In this document: positions 51,323 through 59,916 of the stretch, one piece after another
Layout: each line of letters starts with the position of its first letter
Position numbering within the stretch: the stretch's first letter is position 1
Assembly: GCA_043821645.1 (NCBI GenBank)
Contig: JBDRCO010000036.1
Coordinates: 1-64,000 of the forward strand
Direction: 5' to 3'
Source: Pseudomonadota bacterium
Lineage (GTDB): Bacteria; Myxococcota; JACRCW01; JAFGSX01
Length of the DNA stretch: 64,000 bases
Position numbers and translations under genes: made by a program
The notes under the pieces: generated by a model
Databases searched by the model: none
Told to the model about the DNA's origin: nothing
The model's input: only the letters and a program-made list of their open reading frames with translations

Positions 51323-52294
51323 TTGTTGCGCCTGGCAGTGCGCATCCATGGCAGCCCCGAGAGGCTGTTCGAGACTAGTGAGACCCGTGTCACGATCGGG
51401 CGGGGGCAGAACAATGTCCTGGCCATCGACAACCCGCATGTCTCCAGCCAGCACGCGCGCATCGAGCGTGGGGCGGGTGGGGTCACCCTTGCGGATCTCG
51501 GGTCGACCAATGGTTCGATGATCCAGCGAGGATCGCGTCGTATCCCCGTGGAAGCCGGTGGCGCCTCGGTGAAGATCGAGGTGAACGATACGCTGGTGCT
51601 GGGCGATACCGAGGCGCCGGTGAGTCTGGTCCTCCTCGACGATGGAATAGGGGGAGGCACGCATCCGGTGGTGGAAACACCCACCACTGCCGTCGCTGAA
51701 GCTCCTGTCGATACCTCGGCGGGAGGCAAGGTGCTCGCGCGTCTGGCTCGCGACGCCTTCGACGCCATCGATCCCTCCTTGCTGGACAGTCCGGGGGCCG
51801 GTCGCGCCCTGTACGACCTTGCGATCGGTCTGGCGGAACAGGATGAGACCTCGATGGTGGAGGCGGCAGCCCGGGCCCTGTTCGCCCTGTGCCCGAATGC
51901 CAGCCACCTGTTCGCGTCGGTGGGCGGCACCCCCGAGCAACCGCACAATCGCCGGCTCTGCTTCGCCCGGGGTGGCGGCGATGCGCGCTGGATCCCGAGC
52001 CGGATGGCACAGGTGCGTGCCACCCTGACAGGCGAAGCGTGGTTGGTCGGAGAGGTGAGGGTCGACGAGAGCGGCGACGCCACCCGAGGCATGCAGCGCG
52101 TGGCCACGGCCGTGGTGGCACCGCTGGCGCACGCGGGCAAGACCCTGGGCGTGATCGTCGTGGACAGCCGATCCAGCCGCACGTCGCTGGATGAGGGCGA
52201 TCTGCGACAGGTCGCGGCGGTGGCCCACCTGCTCGCGCTGGGCCTTGCCGTCACGAGCACCGCTTCGCGCCCTGGAACCGGGGCTCGCGGGTGA
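51323..52294 (+). CDS. FHA-GAF domain protein
   Basis: IGRGQ...VSSQH...DLGSTNGS; GAF-like AVVAPL...LGVIVVDS; GGAGG RBS before TTG. Confidence 0.85.
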   Translation: MLRLAVRIHGSPERLFETSETRVTIGRGQNNVLAIDNPHVSSQHARIERGAGGVTLADLGSTNGSMIQRGSRRIPVEAGGASVKIEVNDTLVLGDTEAPVSLVLLDDGIGGGTHPVVETPTTAVAEAPVDTSAGGKVLARLARDAFDAIDPSLLDSPGAGRALYDLAIGLAEQDETSMVEAAARALFALCPNASHLFASVGGTPEQPHNRRLCFARGGGDARWIPSRMAQVRATLTGEAWLVGEVRVDESGDATRGMQRVATAVVAPLAHAGKTLGVIVVDSRSSRTSLDEGDLRQVAAVAHLLALGLAVTSTASRPGTGARG

Positions 52295-54885
52295 AGACCT
52301 TCTTCTTCGCCCTGCGCCTGGTCTTCATCCTCGCGACCGGATTGCTGGTGAGCCTGGTCATGATCCCGGATCTCCGGGACCTGGTACCTCAAGAGCTGTG
52401 GGCGCAGGTGCAGGACCTGCCGAACGTGGACCTGATCCTGGCCTGGCCAGACCAGGTGATGTGGCCGCTGATCTTCGTCGGCGTCGTCGTCACCATCGAC
52501 CTCACCCTCGTCCTCACGGCGTTCATGCGGGGTCCGACGGTCAAGGACGCGCTCGATCGCGCGCCCTCTGCGAGCAAGGCGCGGCTGCTCGCGCGTCTTG
52601 GGGAGACCCGAGCCGCGGCCGCGGTCTGGGCCGAGATTGGCCAGGCGCCTCGGGGTGCCGCCTTGCTGCGGCAGCACGGGCATGCCATCGAGGCCGGACA
52701 GTTGCTGCTCGACCACGACCACGTGCGCAAGGCGGTCTCGCTGCTCCAGACACTGCAGCCGCGAGACGCCGAGGCCGCGGGTGGACTGCTCGAAAAGGCC
52801 GGACGTGTCGAGGAGGCCCACGAGCAATTCCGCCGCGCTGGAGATTTTTATGTCGAGCATGGCGAGGCGGGTCGTGCCGGGAAGTGCTACTACCGCGCGG
52901 GCATGAACGATCTCGCGCGACCTTTCCTCGAGCAGAGCTGGGAACAGATCTTCCGTCCAGACAAGCCGCACGACGTGGCCAGCATGTTGCTCGAGGTGGG
53001 TGCGGTGCACGCGGCCGGGCTGGCCTTCTCGCGGGCAGCCAGCGCGATAGCGGACGTCGACGAATCTCGAAAGCTGGCGCGCCGCGCCGCCTCGTTGCTG
53101 GCCAAGGGCGGTGATCCCGACGCGGGCGCGGTGCTCCTCGAACGCACGGGCCAGCTGGCTGATGCCGCCGAGCTGTACGCGCACGCTGGCAGCATCGACA
53201 AGGCCGTGACCTTGCTCTCCTCGATCAAAGCGTCAGCTCGCGCCGGCGAGATCTTGCTCAAGGTGGGACAGATAGACCGCGCCATCGACTGCTATGTCGA
53301 TGCCGGCGAGGTCTCTCGCGCGGCCGAGATCGCCATCACCTCCGGCCGTGCGCGCCAGGGCGCTGCCCTGCTCGAGCGCATTGGCAACTCGGCGGCGGCC
53401 ATCCAGCTCCTCGAGCAAAGTGGTGAACTGCGCGAGGCCGCGGAGATGCTCCGCAGTGGCGGCGACCCTGCCCGGGCGGCCGCGATGTACGAACGTGGTG
53501 GCGAGTACTCGCTGGCCGCAGCCCTGTACGAGAACAACGGCGAGCTGCAACGCGCAGCCGCACTTTTTGGAAAAGCCGGTGAGCGTGCCAAGGCGGCCCG
53601 TCTGTATCTCAAGGTCGGCCACCTGCGCGAGGCGTCCGCCGTCCTCGGCGGCTCTGTCGACGACGATACCCGCCCCCTGCATGCGGAGCTGGGTGCACGC
53701 TTCGGCGAGCTCGGTGCCTCGGGCCAGGCCCTCGAGCACCTGATGGCAGCCGTGGCTGGCACGCCACTGTCCCCGCAAAACTACGGCGTGTACTTCCACC
53801 TCGGCCGGCTGTACGAGCAACTTGGCGACGTCACCACGGCCCTGGCCCTGTTCCAGCAGATCTATGGCATCAATCCCTACCTCGAAGGGCTGGTGGGCCG
53901 GATCCAGGAACTTCAGGCGAACAAGCTCCAGTCGATGCAGCCCACCTCTCCAGCGCATTCTCCACCGCAGGCGCGGCCTGCCGATCCCCGCTTCGCAGAG
54001 ACCATGGGGGGCACAGGACCGACCTCTGGCCTGGTGGCCATCGACACCCAAACCGGCCGGGCGCCCCTGGTCGACGCCAAGGAACGCTATCGCATCGATG
54101 GTGAGCTGGGGCGTGGAGCCATGGGCAAGGTCCTCAAGGCCTTCGATACCGTGCTGCAGCGTGGGGTGGCCCTCAAGACCCTTCCCGAGGTCCTGGCTTC
54201 GGATACCAAAGCGCAGAGCGCTTTTCTCGCCGAGGCACGCGCGGCGGCGGCGCTGCACCACCCCCACATCGTCACCCTGTTCGACGTGGGCATCACCAAC
54301 GGCGTGCCCTACATCGCCATGGAACTGGTGGAGGGCGGTGATCTCGCGACCTTCCTGTCCAGCCATCCGCAGACCTCGCTGGCACAGCGGCTCCGGCTGC
54401 TGGCCGAGGTGGCCTCGGCACTGGCTGCGGCGCACCAGCGCGGCATCGTCCATCGCGACGTGAAGCCCGGCAACATCCTGCTCGACGTCGAGGGGCACAC
54501 CAGGCTGGCGGACTTTGGCATCGCGCGCGCCCGGCACAAGCAGGAAGCGTCCACCACCCCTGTGGGGACCCCCTTCTACATGTCTCCGGAGCAGGTGCGG
54601 GGCAGCTCCGTCGACCTGCGCGCCGACATCTACAGCCTGGGCGTGGTGATGTTTCAGGTGAGCTCGGGGCGGCTTCCCTTCGAGGAGGGTGATGTCCTGC
54701 AGCACCACATCGCGACGCCGGCCCCCCTGCTTCGCGCTGTGGCGCCGGGCACGCCCGAGGCACTGGAGCGGCTGGTCCAGTCCTGCCTGCAAAAAGACCC
54801 GGGGGCGCGACCGCAATCCGCGAGCGCCGTTCGCTCGGCTCTCGAGGTCATCGCGCAGAGTCTCGAGGGGACGCCTGCGGCATGA
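52291..54885 (+). CDS. Membrane-anchored helical-repeat Ser/Thr protein kinase
   Basis: 2 N-terminal TMs, short AA.LYE..G repeats, GRGAMG, VALK, HRDVKPGN, DFG, GTPFYMSPE. Confidence 0.92.
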   Translation: MKTFFFALRLVFILATGLLVSLVMIPDLRDLVPQELWAQVQDLPNVDLILAWPDQVMWPLIFVGVVVTIDLTLVLTAFMRGPTVKDALDRAPSASKARLLARLGETRAAAAVWAEIGQAPRGAALLRQHGHAIEAGQLLLDHDHVRKAVSLLQTLQPRDAEAAGGLLEKAGRVEEAHEQFRRAGDFYVEHGEAGRAGKCYYRAGMNDLARPFLEQSWEQIFRPDKPHDVASMLLEVGAVHAAGLAFSRAASAIADVDESRKLARRAASLLAKGGDPDAGAVLLERTGQLADAAELYAHAGSIDKAVTLLSSIKASARAGEILLKVGQIDRAIDCYVDAGEVSRAAEIAITSGRARQGAALLERIGNSAAAIQLLEQSGELREAAEMLRSGGDPARAAAMYERGGEYSLAAALYENNGELQRAAALFGKAGERAKAARLYLKVGHLREASAVLGGSVDDDTRPLHAELGARFGELGASGQALEHLMAAVAGTPLSPQNYGVYFHLGRLYEQLGDVTTALALFQQIYGINPYLEGLVGRIQELQANKLQSMQPTSPAHSPPQARPADPRFAETMGGTGPTSGLVAIDTQTGRAPLVDAKERYRIDGELGRGAMGKVLKAFDTVLQRGVALKTLPEVLASDTKAQSAFLAEARAAAALHHPHIVTLFDVGITNGVPYIAMELVEGGDLATFLSSHPQTSLAQRLRLLAEVASALAAAHQRGIVHRDVKPGNILLDVEGHTRLADFGIARARHKQEASTTPVGTPFYMSPEQVRGSSVDLRADIYSLGVVMFQVSSGRLPFEEGDVLQHHIATPAPLLRAVAPGTPEALERLVQSCLQKDPGARPQSASAVRSALEVIAQSLEGTPAA

Positions 54886-55613
54886 TGGACCTGCACGCGC
54901 ACCTGCTCCCGGGTCTCGACGACGGCCCCAGCGAGCTATCCGCGACCCTGGACATGGCACGTGCCATGGTCGAGGCCGGCATCTTTGGGGTCGCTGCCTC
55001 ACCGCACGTTTTTCCGGCCATGGGGTGGACACCGACCCGCGCCCAGATCCTCGCCACCGGCGAGACCGTCCGCCATGCCCTGGCGGCGGAGGGGATTGCC
55101 CTCGAGCTTCTGCCCTCAGCCGAGCACTTCTACGACGAGAGCTTGCTGGCGCGCATACAGGCGGGGGAGGCGGTCCCCATTAACCTGCGACGCTGGGCCC
55201 TGGTCGAGTTCTCCACCACCGCGCTGCCACCGGATGTGCCGGCTGCGCTGTACCGCCTGCGCCGACTTGGCATTGAGCCCTTGCTGGCACATGTCGAACG
55301 CTACGAGGGGCTGGCGACCAGCGAGGAGAGGGTGCGCATGCTGGTGGACCAGGGCTATGCCCTGCAGGTCGACATGGGAGCCATCGTCGGGCAGTTCGGC
55401 AAGGCTCAGCAGCGGACCGCGTGGCGCCTCCTCGAGCGGGACCTGGTAACCGTCGTCGCCAGCGACGCCCACAGCGCTGCCGACGTCAGAGCCACCGTGG
55501 CTGCGGGGCGCGAACTGCTGACCAAGCGCCTGGGGGAGGCGCGATGCCTGAGTGTGCTGGTGGAGCGACCGGCGCGCATTTGTGCAGGCGAGCCCCTTGA
55601 CCTGGCGTGCTGA
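54882..55613 (+). CDS. CpsB/CapC-family PHP tyrosine-protein phosphatase
   Basis: DLHAHLLPGLDDG, SPH, LVEF, LAHVERY, ASDAH. Confidence 0.92.
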   Translation: MMDLHAHLLPGLDDGPSELSATLDMARAMVEAGIFGVAASPHVFPAMGWTPTRAQILATGETVRHALAAEGIALELLPSAEHFYDESLLARIQAGEAVPINLRRWALVEFSTTALPPDVPAALYRLRRLGIEPLLAHVERYEGLATSEERVRMLVDQGYALQVDMGAIVGQFGKAQQRTAWRLLERDLVTVVASDAHSAADVRATVAAGRELLTKRLGEARCLSVLVERPARICAGEPLDLAC

Positions 55614-55631
55614 TTCTGGATTTCTGCGACC

Positions 55632-56642
55632 GTGAAACGCGCCATACAGCTCACCGTCTCCCTGGTTCTCGGCGGACTCCTGCTGTGGCTGTCCTTTCGC
55701 AACGTCGTCATTGGTGATGCCCTCGATCACCTTCGGCAGGCGCCGTGGTGGAGCTATCTGCTCTACATCAGCTTCGTGATGCTCACGCATTGCCTGCGCA
55801 CCGAGCGCTTCCGGCTTCAGCTACGGCGGATGACTGGCAAGCCTGTGCCCTTCGTCGAGGCTCTGGCCCTGTTCTCGGTGGGTGTCGCCGCGACCTTTCT
55901 GATCCCGTTCCGCCTGGGCGAGTTCGTTCGACCCTACCTGGGCAAGGTGCGCGGTCACATGAGCGTGTCCGCGGGACTGTCGACGGTGGCGGCCGAACGC
56001 GTCATCGATGGTCTGACGACGACGGCGATGCTGGGCGTGGTGCTGCTGCTGCGCGGCCGCGACATTCCTCCCGTCGTGTACTTCGCCGGCTACCTGGCCC
56101 TCGCGGTGTTCGGGGGCGCCTTCGTGGTCTTCGTCGTGGGCTACCTGCAGCGCGAGCGCGCGGTGCGCCTGGTGCGCTGGAGTGCAGGCCTGGTGTCGAC
56201 GCGCCTTGGTGACAAGATCGCCGACGTGGCCGACCGCTTCCTGGCCGGTCTCAACACGCTACCGAGCTGGAAGGACCTGGTCCTCTACGAGGCCTACACT
56301 CTGGTGTACTGGCTGCTCAACGGCTTCAGCATGTGGCTGCTGATGCGCCACATGGGCGTCGACCTCGACCTGCTGGGTGGGTACTTCGTGCTGTCCTGCC
56401 TCGTGATCGGGGTCATGATCCCGGCCCCCCCGGGCAACGTCGGCAATTTCGAGTACGCGGTGGTGCTGCCCCTGACCGTTTTCGGTATCGCGGGCTCCAT
56501 CGCGTTCGCCTACGCCGTGGCCGTGCACGTGTTGCAGGCCGTGCAGATGACCGCGGTGGCCACGGTGATCATCGGCAGTGGCAAGGTGTCCCTGCGGCGG
56601 GTGGTCGAGGCTACCCAGTCTCACGGCACCGACGACGGGTGA
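55632..56642 (+). CDS. Lysylphosphatidylglycerol-synthase-TM (UPF0104) flippase-like membrane protein
   Basis: LIPFRLGEFVR, ERVIDG, IPAPPGNVGNFE; about 8 TMs. Confidence 0.88.
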   Translation: MKRAIQLTVSLVLGGLLLWLSFRNVVIGDALDHLRQAPWWSYLLYISFVMLTHCLRTERFRLQLRRMTGKPVPFVEALALFSVGVAATFLIPFRLGEFVRPYLGKVRGHMSVSAGLSTVAAERVIDGLTTTAMLGVVLLLRGRDIPPVVYFAGYLALAVFGGAFVVFVVGYLQRERAVRLVRWSAGLVSTRLGDKIADVADRFLAGLNTLPSWKDLVLYEAYTLVYWLLNGFSMWLLMRHMGVDLDLLGGYFVLSCLVIGVMIPAPPGNVGNFEYAVVLPLTVFGIAGSIAFAYAVAVHVLQAVQMTAVATVIIGSGKVSLRRVVEATQSHGTDDG

Positions 56643-56735
56643 GGGCAGGGCGCACACGATGGAGATCGTGGCCTGGTGCTGGCCGCTTGAGGTCGTCTCG
56701 CCCCGCGAATCCTATCGAACCGATGGACGGATCGT

Positions 56736-56894
56736 TCAGTACATTCTCGGCGTCTTGTCCGGGAACAGCGAGTCCACGGCGTTCCACAGCTCGGTATCGC
56801 GGTCGAACTCCGAGAACCACTTCAGCTCGTCGTCACTGAAGGCTTCGCTCAGGGTCAGGGTTCGGACGGGACGCAGGGTGTCGTTCTCGAACAT
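56736..56894 (-). CDS. Small acidic hypothetical protein (52 aa), not in the ORF track
   Basis: AAGGAG RBS, then MFENDTLRPVRTLTLSEAFSDDELKWFSEFDRDTELWNAVDSLFPDKTPRMY; strongly GC3-biased codons. Confidence 0.72.
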   Translation of the reverse strand: MFENDTLRPVRTLTLSEAFSDDELKWFSEFDRDTELWNAVDSLFPDKTPRMY

Positions 56895-56941
56895 GGTCGT
56901 CTCCTTGTGCGCGCCAACCTCCGGGGCCGGCGGGCCTTGGT

Positions 56942-57160
56942 TCAGCCCTCGCTCTCCACCTCTCCGACCTCGCTGTCGAACAGGTGCTGGTACTTGCTCA
57001 GCAGATCGCGCACGGCCTCGCGGATGAACTCGGCCTGCGGCACACGGGTCTTGCTTGCCAGGTAGCGCAGCTTCTCGCGAAACAGCACAGGCAGCACGAC
57101 GTTGGTGGGCACCTGCCTGACCTCCTCATGCTCCTCGAACTCTGGTGCGCTGTGCGGCAT
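56942..57160 (-). CDS. Ribbon-helix-helix DNA-binding protein
   Basis: Strand PTNVVL, helix FREKLRYLASKT, RVPQAEFIREAVRDLLSKY; GAGGAG RBS. Confidence 0.85.
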   Translation of the reverse strand: MPHSAPEFEEHEEVRQVPTNVVLPVLFREKLRYLASKTRVPQAEFIREAVRDLLSKYQHLFDSEVGEVESEG

Positions 57161-57175
57161 GTCCCGGGCTCCTCG

Positions 57176-57194
57176 GTGTCACATGCTGTAACAC
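57176..57194. promoter_or_regulatory. Putative RHH operator palindrome
   Basis: GTGTCACA-TGC-TGTAACAC near-perfect inverted repeat immediately upstream of the RHH RBS. Confidence 0.6.
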
Positions 57195-57355
57195 CCATGT
57201 TGCACAGCCAGGCTAAGCCCGGTTGTTGCGCCGTCCAAATTTCTGGCTGCATAAATTTGCAGGACCGCGAAATGGATCGGTTTTTTTCGCGTGGCGACGG
57301 GCAGGTGACAGGTGAGCCGGGGTGCTTGCGGGCGACCATGGCGCTTAAAACACCC

Positions 57356-57384
57356 TTGCCAAGCCCAGGCCGGTTATGCAAGAT
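57356..57384 (+). promoter_or_regulatory. Putative sigma70 promoter of the tRNA
   Basis: TTGCCA-N17-CAAGAT ending 13 nt before the tRNA 5' end. Confidence 0.45.
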
Positions 57385-57397
57385 GCCCGGGCTTTGC

Positions 57398-57470
57398 GGC
57401 GAGGTAGCTCAGTCGGTAGAGCAGGGGTCTCATAATCCCCGCGCCGGCGGTTCGATTCCGCCTCTCGCCA
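57398..57470 (+). tRNA. tRNA-Met (CAT), probably elongator; CCA not encoded
   Basis: Cloverleaf: acceptor GGCGAGG/TCTCGCC, D arm GCTC/GAGC, anticodon loop CTCATAA, T arm GGCGG-TTCGATT-CCGCC, discriminator A. Confidence 0.95.
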
Positions 57471-57472
57471 TA

Positions 57473-57768
57473 CTTCTCCAGGGGGCGTTCGGCACGCCCC
57501 CTCTGCCAGCGGAATGAATCCGCTGGCATTCACCCCTGGCAGCACCGAGTTGATTCTTCAAGGGGGCGTTCGGCACGCCCCCTCTGCCAGCGGAATGAAT
57601 CCGCTGGCAATAACCCCGGGCAGCACCGAGGTGCTTCTCATGAGGGCGTTCGGCACACCCCCTATGCCAGCGGAATGAATCCGCTGGCATTCACCCCTGG
57701 CAGCACCGACCTGGTTCTTCGTGGGGGCGTTCGGCACGCCCCCTCTGCCAGCGAAATGAATCCGCCGC
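57473..57768. repeat. Tandem array of about 3.5 copies of an 80-81 bp double-hairpin unit (REP/BIME-like)
   Basis: Units start at 57481, 57562, 57642 and 57723; consensus GGGGGCGT-TCGGC-ACGCCCCC plus TGCCAGCGGA-ATGAA-TCCGCTGGCA. Confidence 0.92.
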
Positions 57769-57976
57769 CGCAGTCCATCACGCTGCACGACAGGCGTCCC
57801 CGTGGTCTCTTGCGAGCTCCTGCAGGCTCGGGCCCGGCCTCGCAGGAGGCGGACCTGCCCTCGCGCACGCCAGCTCCATGGGCAGGCCGCGCTGCTTGGT
57901 TCATGCACGGCGGGTATTCAGGACGAGGTCCTTGCGCGCCAGCGCGCCAGTGCCCCCGCGATGCGTCGCAGTGGCA

Positions 57977-58720
57977 TCAAGGGCGTCCTTGCTGGTGCCT
58001 GACACTTTTCCCAAAGACCTGTTCATCTGGGCGCACGATGTCGGAGACGATGCCGGCCCGGCGGCGGTTGGCGCCGGCACAGCGGATGAACGGTGCCCCG
58101 CAATAGCTCTCATCACAGGCCAGGCAGGGATTGAGCCTGCCGTCGGGCAGGTTGGCAGCTTGCCGGGTCAGTCGACTCACCAGGCAGACCTCGCGGCAGT
58201 GCGCGATCGTGCAGGCCATGTTGTCCACCCAGCACTGCGCGCAGCCGGGGGTGAAGCCGATGGCCGTGGTGCAGTGCTCGGCGGCCTCTCGACCCTGAAA
58301 AAAATAGCGCATGGCGCATGTGGTGGCCTGTCCCGTCAAGGTGAGTCGGGTGCTGCGGTAGACCGCCAGGTCGCGCGGTGTGCTGCACTGGCCGCAGCGA
58401 CCGGCGTGCAGCACCGGCATACCGACAAAGCGCGCCAGCCACAGCGGGTAGGTCTGTCCGTCCTTGCCGCAGACCTGCTCGCCTGTCGGCTCGGCATCGA
58501 CGGGCAGGCGGACCGGCACCTCGACCGCGGCTTCATCCCCTCGCTGGCAACGACACAGCTCTCCCTGGGCGCCACTGCGCTGACCGCGCGTCTCTCCCCC
58601 CAGTTCGACCTGACAGCGCCATCGGCACGGGCCATCGTCATCCACCAGGCGAAGCAGGCTGCATCCTGCGGGCATCGCGGCCAGGAACAGCCACAACATC
58701 GCTGCGAGCATACGAACCAT
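57977..58720 (-). CDS. Secreted Cys-rich protein with a Kazal-like VCG.DG.TY motif
   Basis: Signal/lipobox PAG-C, many Cys, CAQCWVDNMAC, CLACDESYCG, CAGANRRRAGIVSDI. Confidence 0.75.
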   Translation of the reverse strand: MVRMLAAMLWLFLAAMPAGCSLLRLVDDDGPCRWRCQVELGGETRGQRSGAQGELCRCQRGDEAAVEVPVRLPVDAEPTGEQVCGKDGQTYPLWLARFVGMPVLHAGRCGQCSTPRDLAVYRSTRLTLTGQATTCAMRYFFQGREAAEHCTTAIGFTPGCAQCWVDNMACTIAHCREVCLVSRLTRQAANLPDGRLNPCLACDESYCGAPFIRCAGANRRRAGIVSDIVRPDEQVFGKSVRHQQGRP

Positions 58721-58864
58721 CAGGGCATCATGACATGAAGCGGCGACTGCTTCGGAGATGTTGATGACGTCACCTTCCTGTTCTGTCGCCTCACCTAAGG
58801 GCCATTGAATGTGAGGACCTTTGCGCGCACGGTGAGTCACAGGACTGCACAGAGAGGTCGACAC

Positions 58865-59164
58865 ATGAACTTCTGGGATGTCCACGGACTCATCTTCATC
58901 GCCTGCATGTTCTTCTTCCCCCGCGTGACCATGCTCTTCGCCACCGCCTGGGGCGGGCCGCTGTGGTGGGTGGGCTGGCTGTTCGCACCGCGCCTCACCG
59001 TGGCTGTCGTTGCCACGACCCTGTACTGGGAAACCAACACCGTGCTGGTGGTGATCACCTGGCTGTGGGCGCTGGGAGGCGAGAGTACCGAGAAGACCGT
59101 GGTGCGGCGCCGCGTCTGGCGGCCACGTCGCAAGGTCGTTGCGGAGCCTGTCACGATAGGCTGA
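58865..59164 (+). CDS. Small Trp-rich membrane protein
   Basis: GAGG RBS; about 3 hydrophobic segments with repeated FFPR/FAPR. Confidence 0.75.
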   Translation: MNFWDVHGLIFIACMFFFPRVTMLFATAWGGPLWWVGWLFAPRLTVAVVATTLYWETNTVLVVITWLWALGGESTEKTVVRRRVWRPRRKVVAEPVTIG

Positions 59165-59295
59165 GCACCGGCCTCACCCTGCCTTTCGTGGGATGATCGC
59201 CCGACCATGCCACGCCTCACCCGGCCCGCCCCGCTGCGGCAAGATAGGCTTTTTTGGGCACCGCGGCAGGTGCGCGACACAGATCGGCGCCCCCG

Positions 59296-59321
59296 TGTAA
59301 CGTCCGCCTGGCTGCCGTGTA
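59296..59321 (+). promoter_or_regulatory. Putative autoregulatory ECF promoter (leaderless)
   Basis: TGTAAC-N14-CGTGTA ending 7 nt before the sigma ATG, with no RBS; the spacer is somewhat short. Confidence 0.5.
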
Positions 59322-59328
59322 GTACCCG

Positions 59329-59916
59329 ATGAAGACCACCGCGAGAGAGCAGCCCGTGGCAAGCCTGGATGCAGCGATACAGCGTGCCCGCACCGGCGAT
59401 GCCGACGCCTTCGCCGACATCTACCGCGCCTTCTCGCGGCGCGTGCTGGGGCTGTGTCGAAAGCTGCTGGGTTCGGGCGCGGCGGCCGAGGACGCCTCGA
59501 GCGAGGTGTTCGTGCGCACGCAGCGCGCCATGGACAGCTACGATCCCGCCCAGCCCTTCGACCGCTGGATCCTGACCATCACCAGCAACCACTGTCTGAA
59601 CCAGCTGCGCCGGCAGAAGCTCGAACGACATCTGTTTGCGACGGAACCGGAGGTGTGCGTGGCGGACAGGGACCCCGGTCCCTCGCCCCTGGCGCAGCTG
59701 CAGAGTCACGAGGAGCACGAGCGCCTGCGCCGGGCCATCGAGGAGCTGCCCGAGCGCTACCGCATCCCGCTGGTGCTGCGCTATTACGGCGAGCTGTCCT
59801 ACGACGAGATCGCCACCGAGCTCGAGATCACACGCGACAACGTCGCCATCCTGCTGCATCGCGCCAAGCGCAGCCTTCGTGAGGCCATGCGCGCGACGGG
59901 GGAGGGGAAGCCATGA
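59329..59916 (+). CDS. ECF RNA polymerase sigma factor (SigW-like)
   Basis: GDADAF, AEDASSEVF, WILTITSNHCLNQLRR, LPERYR..LVLRYY.ELSYDEIA, LHRAK. Confidence 0.93.
   Translation: MKTTAREQPVASLDAAIQRARTGDADAFADIYRAFSRRVLGLCRKLLGSGAAAEDASSEVFVRTQRAMDSYDPAQPFDRWILTITSNHCLNQLRRQKLERHLFATEPEVCVADRDPGPSPLAQLQSHEEHERLRRAIEELPERYRIPLVLRYYGELSYDEIATELEITRDNVAILLHRAKRSLREAMRATGEGKP

Noticed and set aside
57398-57470. tRNA-fMet or tRNA-Ile2 identity
   Set aside because: G1-C72 is paired (not initiator) and positions 4-5 are G,A rather than the C,C typical of TilS substrates; elongator Met fits best.
57473-57768. CRISPR array
   Set aside because: The linkers between hairpins are near-identical rather than unique spacers, and there are no cas genes in the window.
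57345-57908. Short ORFs with repeated peptides (GGVPNAP, SGFIPLA)
   Set aside because: They are translations of the tRNA and the DNA repeat array in several frames.
58730-58860. Structured RNA between divergent genes (CCTCAC...GTGAGG stem)
   Set aside because: A single short stem with no recognisable riboswitch consensus.
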